The notes beneath the pieces were generated by a model, which saw nothing but the letters and a program-made list of their open reading frames with translations, did not search any database and was not told the DNA's origin. A stretch of DNA of 64,000 bases. It comes from Octopus vulgaris (Eukaryota). Positions 25,028-35,959 of this stretch are shown piece after piece. Both the position numbers and the translations under genes were made by a program. Every line of letters starts with the position of its first letter. The stretch's first letter is position 1. The stretch lies in assembly GCA_951406725.2 (NCBI GenBank), contig OX597822.1:91698001-91762000 (forward strand). The letters are read 5' to 3'.

Positions 25028-25116
25028 CATACCCATGAGTTTCTCTATTAATGATCAAATAAATCAATTAATTACTCAATCAGTTGATTAATTAACCATC
25101 CCTGGTTCATCAGTAG
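25028..25116 (-). ncRNA. Type-I hammerhead core, copy 2 of a tandem pair
   Basis: CTGATGA...GAAA-ctcatggg-TA conserved; a SINE abuts just after the predicted cleavage site. Confidence 0.45.
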
Positions 25117-25440
25117 TGTCGCTGGAAAATGCATAATTATGGAACTATATGTACTGAAAAACACGAGGTAAAAAACATGGACACTTAGTTCCATCTTTAT
25201 ACATCAAGAATTCAAATCAAATATCCTCAAACACTGTGCAAAGTCAGAATAGTAGAGCAGTTAACTGAGACTTTTATAATTTTAGATATCCTGCTTACTT
25301 ACAAGCAACATGCCTTAAAGAAGAATCTTTCTTTACGTGGTTTAGGTTGTGACTGCCCCTTTCAGCATGTAAGATTTCCACATAGTGGTCTTCCCACTGT
25401 GAATAAATTTTTATACTCTATTATATAGAAATATATAAAA

Positions 25441-25673
25441 GGCAGCGAGCTGGCAGAATCGTTAGCACGCTGGGTGAAATGCTTTGCAGTATTTCGTCTG
25501 CCACTACGTTCTGAGTTCAAATTCCACCGAGGTCGACTTTGCCTTTCATCCTTTCGGGGTTGATGAAATAAGTACCAGTTACACACTGGGGTCGATATAA
25601 TCGACTTAATCCATTTGTCTGTCCTTGTTTGTCCTCTCTGTGTGTAGCTCCTTGTGGGTAGTAAAGAAATAGG
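25441..25673 (+). mobile_element. SINE family B with 16-bp TSD
   Basis: TATTATATAGAAATAT at 25419-25434 and 25674-25689. Confidence 0.9.
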
Positions 25674-26288
25674 TATTATATAGAAATATTTATGTCTTCT
25701 AGCTTTTATCACACATGCGGACCACTGGTAAAAATTATGTTTTAAATAAATTTTACCCTGTATTTACACACACACACACACACTTTCATTTTATTCTTTC
25801 TTTTTAGTCCATTTTTTTATGCTTACCCTTCTGATATAAGCCCTTATTTCCTTTCCCAAATGAAGGATAACATATTTTACTGATATCATTGATCTAAAAA
25901 ATGTAAACAAGCATGTGTGCACACACACATGCATATACATTTATGTATATGTATGCACATCCATAGGTGTATATAAATATGTATGTGCATGTATGAATGT
26001 GTATTGGTGTGTGTGTGTGTATAATTAAAAAGTAATGTAATAATACATTACAGAGGATATATCATAAACAATTAATAATTATTTGGCCAAACATGTTATC
26101 ATAAAATACATAGAACGACCGGGTTTATAATTATGAACAAGTCACAATTATAACTAAGAGGGTTTCAAAAATGCTTACATGTTTAGAAAGAGCTAAAGCC
26201 GCTATCATCACTCATATTATATCTCATCACAATAAATAGACTGCAGGCAACATGACATATAAAATCCACAACTTAAAAATAAATGGTC

Positions 26289-26354
26289 TATTTTCTACTG
26301 CAATTTCGATGTTGGGAATCTATTAAGGGTCCCATTCATCTCTTCAGGAGAATA
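26289..26354 (-). ncRNA. Type-I hammerhead ribozyme motif
   Basis: tattctc-CTGAAGA-gatg...catc-GAAA-ttgcag-TA-gaaaata; canonical core. Confidence 0.75.
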
Positions 26355-26606
26355 TTCCTATAGACAGAAATTGATACAAGACCGGCAAGACTTCCTTTTG
26401 TACTCCCCCCCCCCCCCATTTACTATTATTTTGTTTTTTCTACACAAACCCTCGTTTTCGACTACGGAGAATATGAATCTGCAAAAAAATTGGCAAAATT
26501 TGGCATTTTCAAATTACCCCCCACCCCCACCCTTCACTAATTTCATTTTTTACTTTTTGCAGAAATTTTGAAAAAAAAATATGCGGAAAAATACAGCGAT
26601 TATGAT

Positions 26607-26787
26607 TCGAGCAAGTCGATCCCCAGGACTTATTCTTTGTAAGCCTAGTACTTATTCTATCGGTCTCTTTTGCAGAACCACTAAGTTATGGGAATGTAAA
26701 CACACCAGCATCAGTTGTCAAGTGATGTTGGGGGGACAAACACAGACACACAAACGTATACACACACACATACATATATATATACAT
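26607..26787 (-). mobile_element. SINE family A fragment
   Basis: Matches family A. Confidence 0.8.
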
Positions 26788-27085
26788 AATTACGATGAGT
26801 CTCGATTATATGAACTTATTTTGCTGTTTTCATCCTATATAAAGACATGACAAAATAAAATTATGTAACTAGAAGTTGTTGGAATAATTTTACTTTAGTA
26901 AATAATAAACAGAAATGTGGAATAAAAGTAGGAAAAAGAAGATTGGCAATATAATCATTTTAATATGGTATTGTATTTCGAGACCTTCTATTTCAGCAAT
27001 ATCAAGGAATATGTTGTCATGATACGTGCGTAGTCTAGATAGTGTAAAGTATATGATTTGGAATAAGAAATGAAAGTATAGAGCT

Positions 27086-27385
27086 TATGATTGTGAGGTT
27101 GTGAATTCGATTCCCAGACTGGGCCATGTGTTATGTTCTTGAGCAAGACATTTTATTTCATGTTGCTCCAGTTAACTCAGCTGTAGAAATGAGTTGCAGC
27201 ATCACTGGTGCCAAGCTGTATGGACCTTTGTCTTTCCCTTGGATAACATCAGTGGTGTGGAGAGGGGAGGCTGGTATGCATGGGTGACTGCAGGCCTTCC
27301 ACAAACAAACTTGCCCAGACTTGTGCCTTAGAGGGTAACTTTCTAGGTGCATTTCCATGGTCATTCATGACCAAAGGGGGTCTCC
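27086..27385 (+). mobile_element. Another tRNA-derived SINE (CORE-like centre)
   Basis: GAATTCGATTCCC B-box-like motif followed by TTCTTGAGCAAGACA. Confidence 0.6.
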
Positions 27386-27390
27386 TCATA

Positions 27391-27789
27391 TACTCTTTAC
27401 TCTTTTACTTGTTTCAGTCATTTGACTGCGGCCATGCTGGAGCACCGCCTTTAATCGAGCAACTCGACCCCGGGAATTATTCTTTTGTAAGCCTAGTACT
27501 TATTCTATCGGTCTCTTTTGCCGAACTGCTAAGTAACGGGGACATAAACACCCCAGCATCAGTTGTCAAGCAATGCTAGGGGGACAAACACAGACACACA
27601 AACACACACATATATATATATACATATATACGACGGGCTTCTTTCAGTTTCTGTCTACCAAATTCACTTACAAGGCTTTGGTCGGCCCGAGACTATAGTA
27701 GAAGACACTTGCCCAAGGTGCCACGCAGTGGGACTGAACCCAGAACCATGTGGTTGGTAAACAAGCTACTTACCACACAGCCACTCTTG
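27391..27789 (-). mobile_element. SINE family A
   Basis: Matches family A. Confidence 0.9.
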
Positions 27790-27826
27790 TATATATATAT
27801 ATTTATAAGAATACATATACATAATA

Positions 27827-28515
27827 TTGAGTTGGCAAATAAGTTACCACCGTTTTTTTAAATTTTGAAATTTATTGCGTTTTAACTTTTGGAATCTATT
27901 TTTTTCAAGAATTCTATTTTTGAATCATTTTGGAATCTATTTTGTTTTTTTCTAGTTAATTTTAGTTAATTTTTATTTATTTTCAGATCATTAAAATGGA
28001 ATGTCAAGTTAAGAAAAATGAGCATTTTCGACACCTCCTTCTTTTTGCTTTTAACCAAAGTTCTAAGGCTGCAAAAGCTGCTCACGACATTTATGCTATG
28101 TATGGAGAGGGTGCCATAGCTGAAAGAACCACTTGTAATTGGTGGGCCAAATTCAAAAATGGAAATTTTGACCTCAAAGAAGCATCTCTTTTTGGCCGTC
28201 CAGTTGAGTTTGATGAAGAGCAATTAAACCAACTTTTGCACGAAAATTTTGATTTGTTCCCATACTGCTGTAGAGAAGCATCTTCACTCGATGGGAAAGG
28301 TTCAGAAGTAAGGAGTATGGGTTCCGTATGCTTTAAGTGACAACAAAAATCAACGAGCCACAATCCTCGCTGGTTTGCTTGCTCGTTACTGATGAACTCA
28401 TAGACACAAGCAACAATTTCATTACCGAATCGTTATTGGCAACGAAAAGTGGTGCCTGTACATCAATATGAAGCAGCGTAAGGAATGGCTTAGCCCAGGT
28501 AAACAAGCAACACTT
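27827..28515 (+). mobile_element. Truncated mariner transposon (5' ITR and transposase N-half, pseudogenised)
   Basis: TA|TTGAGTTGGCAAATAAG ITR; HFRHLLLF, GRP, GVWVPYAL (WVPHEL) and RIVIGNEKW (TGDEKW) motifs. Confidence 0.9.
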
Positions 28516-28585
28516 CAGTATTCTCTGTACAACTTCAAAATAAGTTGAATAAAATTCAAAATATGCAACAGGATGTCCAGAGGTG

Positions 28586-28672
28586 ATGCAGTACAATTGT
28601 TTCAAGCGCATCCATTTAATTGAACAATGCAATCATGACATCAATTTAAATGCAGGTCTATATCAGCTGCAT
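28586..28672 (-). ncRNA. Degenerate type-I hammerhead motif
   Basis: atgcag-CTGATAT...GAAA-caattg-TA-ctgcat; stems I and III perfect, G8/A9 mutated. Confidence 0.45.
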
Positions 28673-29132
28673 AAATAAATAAATGTTTCCTTTCAATCAT
28701 TTGGACTCATTTGTATAATTTTACTTAACTCTTCTAATAGAGTAAGAAGACAGACAAAGTTTATGCTGTTGTCACTTCAGCTTAGAAGTTTCTAAGATAT
28801 CAGGAAAAAAATTGTTTGTGTCATAGCTTGTCACTGATTTTGGTTCAGTTATAGTTTATTAGTCTTGTTTATTAAATCTTTGTTTATCAAATCTAAGACT
28901 AGAGAATAGTGTCTGTTAGGAAAGGGCATGATGGAGTTGACAGGTATAGTCATAAAACTTGTCAAGATTATTTTACAGTAACTGGCTATAATGAGGTTGG
29001 GTAGTGGAAGACCTCAAATCAAGATGCTAATTACCTGTTATAGAGGCAAGATGCTAATAAAACCAATGATGATAATACAGAGGAAATTTTATCATGGAGT
29101 ATTATAGGTGATTGATTTAAACAATATTGTTA

Positions 29133-29350
29133 TCTATAAATATAAAAATGAGAATGTGTGTCTGTTTCTGTTTCATTCAAATTTTACACATACCTTACTT
29201 AGGGTCCATGTAGTGTGTGAGCCCAAAGCAATATCATACCTTCTCCACTATTTCAGTATTACGTGTCTAAAGTGAAACAAAAACACCTCTCTATTGTAAA
29301 GTCAGATGCTTTCACTTTAATACTGAAACTATTAAAGTGAAACTATTATA
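29133..29350 (+). mobile_element. 5' fragment of the Helitron-like family seen at 8327
   Basis: Colinear with 8327-8580 with deletions. Confidence 0.6.
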
Positions 29351-29405
29351 TAAGAGGCATGACCTGTAAGTGGATCATCCATTATGCTAGAAGATCTGCT
29401 ATGGT

Positions 29406-30132
29406 CTTTTTTTTTTGGTTCAGAGGATTATGCTCAAGCTGGCTCCGTCATTCACACATAGCATCCTTGCTACATTCACCCATCTTTTTTGGAAACATTC
29501 ACTAGACAAAACTTCCCTCTCTACTCTCACCTTCTTCTTCAAGTGATACTTGGAGAAGTTGATGAGAGATTGACCCTAGAGAAAAGTGTTTGTCTCTAGA
29601 CCTTTCAGACGTGTCCACCATACACATTTTATCGCCATAGCCACAAGCACGATGAAAATGGCTCTTCCTTCCTGTTTCAAAGCGTGACAATATTCACGAT
29701 AGACTCAGTTGATAAACTGACTTGTCCAACACGTGATAGCAGTTGTTCGACATATGCCCACAGGTCGGAAATGGTTGGACACTGTATGAGTGCGTGCAGA
29801 ATGGTTTTGTTGCTCTGACCGCATCTTGGGCAGGTCGGCCCCATGTTTCTTGAGCCATGCCTGTAGAGCTTATCCCAAACAGGTAGCACTTCTTGATAGC
29901 ACTGCCAGGCCAGGGATCTCTGGAAGTTGTCCATAGGTCCTGGCCCAAAAGTTGTCTTGAAAAGGTAGGTCAGGTATTCCTCGTCGATGCCCAGGTTTGC
30001 CCTGAGATTGATGTTGTAGCTCCCCTCCACTAATCCCCTATAGAATGCTTTGGTTGTGTTGAAGTCGCTCAAGGTCGACTTCTGGCTAGACACTATGACG
30101 GTGACATTGTCTGCATATGCAGACACGCTCAT
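29406..30132 (-). mobile_element. L1/Tx1-clade LINE 3' remnant, internally deleted
   Basis: SAYADNV fused to C-terminal CPRCGQSNKTILHALIQC (CCHC); poly-A tail. Confidence 0.75.
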
Positions 30133-30134
30133 CT

Positions 30135-31270
30135 GTAGATAAATGGCTTAAGAGAGCCATACAAGCCATGTATAGAGGTGTTCTCAATAAGGTGAGAGTT
30201 AGCAGTGAGTACAGTAATAAATTTGATTTACAGGTGTGAGTTTACCAGGGCTTCATACTCAGTCACCTATTCATTATTGTTTTCTAGGCCATGACAGAAG
30301 AACTTAAGATCAGCTAGCTTGAGAACAGTAGATGCTGATAATCTCATTCTTATAGCAGAATCTATGGTAACTTTAGAACAGAAAATCCAGGTGTGGAAGT
30401 AAAGCATGAAATCAAAGAATCTTAAAGATTACTTAGCAAAAATCCATGATTTAGTAAGCAGGAGACGGGAAGGACTCTACTCCCTTTAAAACTAAATGGC
30501 CCTGCTTGATATATGGGAAAGGTTGAGTAAAAATCCTATACAGTGTTTAGAATTTATACCCAGTGCAAGTTGTGGATATGCAGAAAAATCATAGGAAGAC
30601 TAACACAGAAAGTAGACTTTGTATAGGGCAGATGCTTGGGAACACATGGGAATTAGATTTTCTTGAGTGTCCTGAAGGTTCCCTAGATGTAATAGTGTCT
30701 GTTACTTAGCTGACCAAATTTGCAGCAAAAGAGCTTGTTCATAAAGGATAATTACTAGAATAAGGACAAGATGATGAAAATTTAGAGTTATTACCTCTGT
30801 TGGGAACAAAAATTCTCTTTGAGAGTAAAAGGCAGATTGTATGAGGCTTGTGTGTGAATAGCAGTGTTAAAGGACAGTGAGGCACGGGCCCTGAATGCAG
30901 AGAACATACAGAGACTAGAAAGGAATAAATCTAGTATACTTCATTGGATGTGCACAATCAGTGTTTGTAAACAACAAGGTATAAATGTGTTGACAAGAAA
31001 CTTGGCATAAGAGGAATCAGATATAGCGCGCAAGAGAGAAGACTGCATTAGGATAGTCATGTGATGTCTAAGGATAAGGACAGCTGTCTGGAAAAGTGCC
31101 AATTGCTGAAAGTGGATGGAACTTGCAGAGGAAAGAGGCCCAAGAACACACAAAATGAAGTAGTGAAGGCTGATTTCAACATGTTGAGCCTCATGAAGGA
31201 GATTACAAGGGATCTAGATGATTGGCAATTTTCTGTGTTCAAGATGACCTGTCTGTTATAGCATACCCGT
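30135..31270 (+). mobile_element. Decayed RTE LINE RT region
   Basis: Colinear with 20850-21960. Confidence 0.8.
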
Positions 31271-31402
31271 GTTGTCAAAAATACCAACAGTTTTATTAAT
31301 GATAAAAAATAGCACATTAACACAATGGGGGTAACTATTGCTAAATGTCAGTAATCTAGTAAATATATGTGTGTATGTATGTATATATATATATATATAT
31401 AC

Positions 31403-31466
<64 letters not shown>

Positions 31467-31485
31467 ATACATATGTCATACGTAT

Positions 31486-32035
31486 GTCAGGTCACTTTCG
31501 AGTGCTACTGGTAACATGTAATCCAGTACAACCTGTAGCATGGTCGGGTCGTTGGCGACTAAACCGGCAACCCCACCAAGCTTGCTTGGTGAGGAGAGTG
31601 TTTATTGGACACCCTGCAGGATGAAAAACAAAACCCATCAAAGGGCAGAGGAACTCTTGAGAATCAACGGCCATCCAATAAATGTCTTAAGGCAGTATCA
31701 TGTGCGGGGACATAGAAATAATCGAACTGAATACCCGATCGCACGGTTAAACCATTGGTAGTGAAGGACTCTTAGCCTTTGTTAGGGCATTCTTCTAGAA
31801 GGTAACTCAGGTAACTAGGATAACTCCAATATAAAACTTGCGGCTCAGTGGTTACTGATGATGCTGACTTGTTCTTCTTTTCGGATTATGGCTGCTGTTG
31901 CTTAGTGAGTGGGATTGACTCTGTGCACAGCTTTTCTTAACTTTAAAAAAAATCTTCTTGCACAGGCATTGCACGATAACAACATTGATTAAGCTTCATG
32001 CAATAGCCATACTCGATAACAAGGAGGCAGCCACC
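31486..32035 (+). mobile_element. Non-autonomous RTE-like element (family E), uninverted copy
   Basis: Matches both halves of 2966-3494; TA-rich flanks. Confidence 0.8.
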
Positions 32036-32824
32036 ATATATATATATATATATATATAAGGGAAATAAGACAAGGTAGAAAATGTTAAAATAATTTTATC
32101 ATGCAAAACATTTTAGTCATTGCAACTTTTCCAACTAAAGTAGTAAAGTATGAAAAACAATTAAATTGTGGAAAAATTGAATGAAATGTTTTTTAAAAAA
32201 ACTATTTTCATAGTTTTCAAATACAAGGGACATTTTCCTTTTTTTCCACCTGTCTCTGTCTCTCTTTTTTACTCTTATGGGTTCTAGGTAGTCAGCAGCA
32301 ACTTGTTTGATATGAATTCTTGTCTTTGATTGTTTAAGCAGCAGTAGTAATAGAGTAAGGAGGTAGTGGAGGAGGAGGAGGAGGAGAAGAGGAAAAAGAA
32401 GAAGAAAGAAAAAAGAAAGAATGATAAAAGAATGTAGGAGTGGTATGACAGTAGCAGGATGTTAAATGGTCAAGTGACCTAAAAGTGACTCATGGATGAT
32501 CCTAGTGATTGAGATTGTTCTAAATAAATTCTTGAGGTGACTCTTTTGAATGAATAAGGCCCTGGCGATTATGTCATTTGTTGTGGGTGCATTCAAAAGG
32601 GGTTTGTATTTTGTGATAAAGAACAACTTTTACAGGTTGTATTGTCCCTGAATACAGAGGGGAAAAATTCTGAAACTAGTTTTTTTTTTTTTCTCTGTTA
32701 TTGGTGCAAATGTTGTGTTCGCTGAATGCTACTTTTCTGGGTTTTTTAAAAAATTTGATCTGGGATCTGTGCAGAGCCATTTATTTTGTCCCCCAGAGTC
32801 AGACCATCAATCAAGAATTCTTTT

Positions 32825-35010
32825 GTCAAAGGAAAAGGTGTGGCTGTAGACAGAAATAATTACAGAAGTTTCGAATCATTGAACCAGGTGATGAAAATTA
32901 CAGTGAGGGTTATAGCTCAATTAATTAGGAAGAGAGTTGGCTTAGATGATATGCAGTTTGGTTTTGTGTCAGGGAGAAGCACTGCTGATGCTATCTTCCT
33001 AGTAAGACAATTGCAGGAAAAGCATTTAGCAAAAAATAAACCTCTGTACTTGGCTTTTGTTACATGGAGAAAGCTTTTGACAGGAACCCCTGCTCTCCTA
33101 CCTGGTGGACAATGTAGAAGATAGGGATAGATAAGTGGCTGGTGAGAGTTGTACAGGCCATGTACAGGGATGCTGTTAATCAGGTGAAAGTCAGCAATGA
33201 GTAAAGCAACAAATTTGGTGTAAAGGTAGGAATTCACCAAGGATCAGTTCTCAGCCCCATCTTATTTATCCTCCAGGCCATAGCAGAGGAATTTAAGTCT
33301 GGTTGCCCTTAGGGTCTCCTCTATGCTGATGACCTTGTTCTCTAATAGAAATGGAGAAGAAACTTCAGGTGTGGAAGCAAGGTCTAGAATTAAAGAGCCT
33401 TAGAGTAGTAAGTAGGAAAGCAGACAAAACACCAATCACTTTGAGGAGACAGCCGCCCTGCTTGATTTGAAGAAAAGGTGTAGGTAGGAATTCCATATGA
33501 TGTACCCAATGCCAGCTACAGATATATAAGAGGTACAGTGGTATCACAGGAAGATAGACAGATAAAGTAATCTTTGTATGTGAAGGTACAATAAACACTA
33601 AGAATGTACAGGAAATATACTTCCTCAAATGCCTGGAGTGGGGATCCTTAGAAGTAGTATATAGCTTCTGCAACCTAAGCAATCAAGTTAGCAGTGGAGT
33701 TGGATGCTCTAAAAGCATAGTTGCTAGATTAAGACTAGGCTGGGCAAAGTTCAGAGAACTACTAGCTTTGTTGATAATAAAGGGCCTCTCCCTCAGAGTA
33801 AAAGGCAGATTGTATGATGCCTGTGTACAGACAGCTAAGCTATATGGCAGTGAAACATGGGGTGTAATGGCAGAGGACATGCAAAGGCTTGAAAGAAATG
33901 ACACCAACATGTTCTGCTGGATGTGCAATGTCAGTGTACTTGTACAACAGAATGTAAATGTTTTAAGAGAAAAATTGAGTATAAGAGGCATCGGATATAG
34001 TGTGCAAGAAAGAAGACTGTGTGGTATGGTCATGTGATGTGTATGGATGATGATAGCTGCATAAAGAAACACCAATCTCTAACTGTGGAGGGAACTTGTG
34101 GAAGAGCTAGGCCCAAGAAGACATGGGAAGAAGTGGTGAGAAATGATCTTCAGATGTTAAGCTTCACAGAGGAGATAATAAAGGACCAAGACTACCGGTG
34201 ATTTGCTGTGCTTGAGAAGACACATTAAACTAAATAGAATAGTGGCCATCCATACATACAGGCATGTTCTTTATGACCATGCCCTCCCCTCACATACACA
34301 GATAATCTGTCCTCTGTCAAAGCTCCCCTACAACTCATCTTACCCCACCCCACCCCACCATCCATGATCACCACCCTGTACAGGTCACTCAAACATATCC
34401 CATGTGCCTACCTGCACACTCTCCATGACATCATATATCTACCATACCCTATTTCCAGCCACTTCAATTTCCCTCACCATGACTTCTACAATCACTTCTT
34501 CCCCATTTCTAAACATCTCCCCTCACACTCTTATGGAACATCCTCTTCTATCCGTTCTACATCACTTATACCCCCCCACTTCAGTTCCACAACCTATTTC
34601 TCTCTAACTCTATCTCTCCTTCCTTTCCTTTATTTTCCTATGTGGGTATCCAAGCATCTCTTCTATAATAAGTCACCTATCTCTATCCTTCTATTATATT
34701 TTAACCTCTTAACTGACACAAAGTCACCTTCCTCAGTTCCGTTCCCTCTCTCAACTGAGAGGTCTTTGTCTCACAAATTACTTGGCAACTTTGCTGTTTG
34801 AAGAACATAAAAGCCAGAGTAAGAATGAGCTAGGAAAAACCATGTAAAGAGCACCCAGTCCATCTGTAAAGTGGTTGGCATTAGGAAGGGCATCCAACCA
34901 TAGAAACCATGCCAAAGCAGACAATGGAGCCTGGTGCAGCTCTCTTGCTTGCCTAGCTTCTGTAAAATCATCCAACTCAATGCTAGCAAGGAAGACAGAT
35001 GTTAAACACA
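32825..35010 (+). mobile_element. Decayed RTE LINE (RT to 3' UTR)
   Basis: MQFGFVSGRSTADAIFLVRQLQEK, HQGSVLSP, YADD, LYGSETW motifs. Confidence 0.9.
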
Positions 35011-35959
35011 CAGCCTTAAAGGAAAAGTTCTTGTTCCTAGTTGGGCATGAACCACCAACCTTTTGATCAATCATCATCATCATTGTTCGACCGTGGTCGA
35101 GACAATGGAATTTACTATGTTACGCCAGACTTCACGGTCCATCATAGCATTACGGAGGTCTTGTTGCTGGATGCCTGTATCCCTGGAGATTACATCAGGG
35201 TAGGAGAGTGTGCTCCCTCTGGTATTGCGAGTTATTTGCGCCCTCTGGTATGCGAGCTATTTGATCAATAGCTGAACATGCTAATCAATTGCACCAAAGA
35301 CAACATAATGATAAAATGATGCTGATCATATACACTAAAATTACATATCCAGTGAAACATTTTGACATAATTTCTTTCTAGTTTCTACAATTCCTCTGCA
35401 TCCAAGACCCATGTCTCATTATCATGTCACACTGCACTCTGCACACAGGAATCAAACAATCTGCCTTCAACCAGAGCTAGAAGCCCTTCATTACTAGCAG
35501 AGGTAATAGCTCTCTGAGGTTTTATTAGCTCATTCTTACTCTGGCTTCTATGTTCTTCAAACACCTATTCTCACTGTTAATTAGATCACCCAGATGACAA
35601 AAGCTATACTTCAACAGTATCTATTTCCTATTGGCTTTCTGAACACCTATCCCCTGTTGCTAATTAGATCACCTAAATGATTTAATTGATAGTAAAATTT
35701 ATAGTATCTATTTCACGGTGGTCTTTTTGAAATTATTGTTCTTATGCATCTACTGCATTACCTTCTCTGATAGCATCCCACTGTACCCCTTGTGTGGCTA
35801 TAGCTTACACAAGACACACCAGGTGCAATGCTGCTTACTCCTTTCCCAAATATTGAACAGGAATCTGAAGTGCATCATATTAATTAGACAATACCTAGTG
35901 GACAGTAAAGAGAGAAATGAATACACCATATGAATATTCAATAGTTAATCAGGTTATTC

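Larger units (their letters stand above)
24185..25385. repeat. A-B-(SINE)-B'-inverted A arrangement, pseudo-LTR-like
   Basis: 24314-24550 is similar to 25029-25261 (direct); 24185-24309 is similar to the reverse complement of 25261-25385. Confidence 0.8.

Noticed and set aside
26968-27003. Minus-strand gatattg-CTGAAAT...GAAA-TA-caatacc
   Set aside because: Core and stem III incomplete; at most a deleted relic
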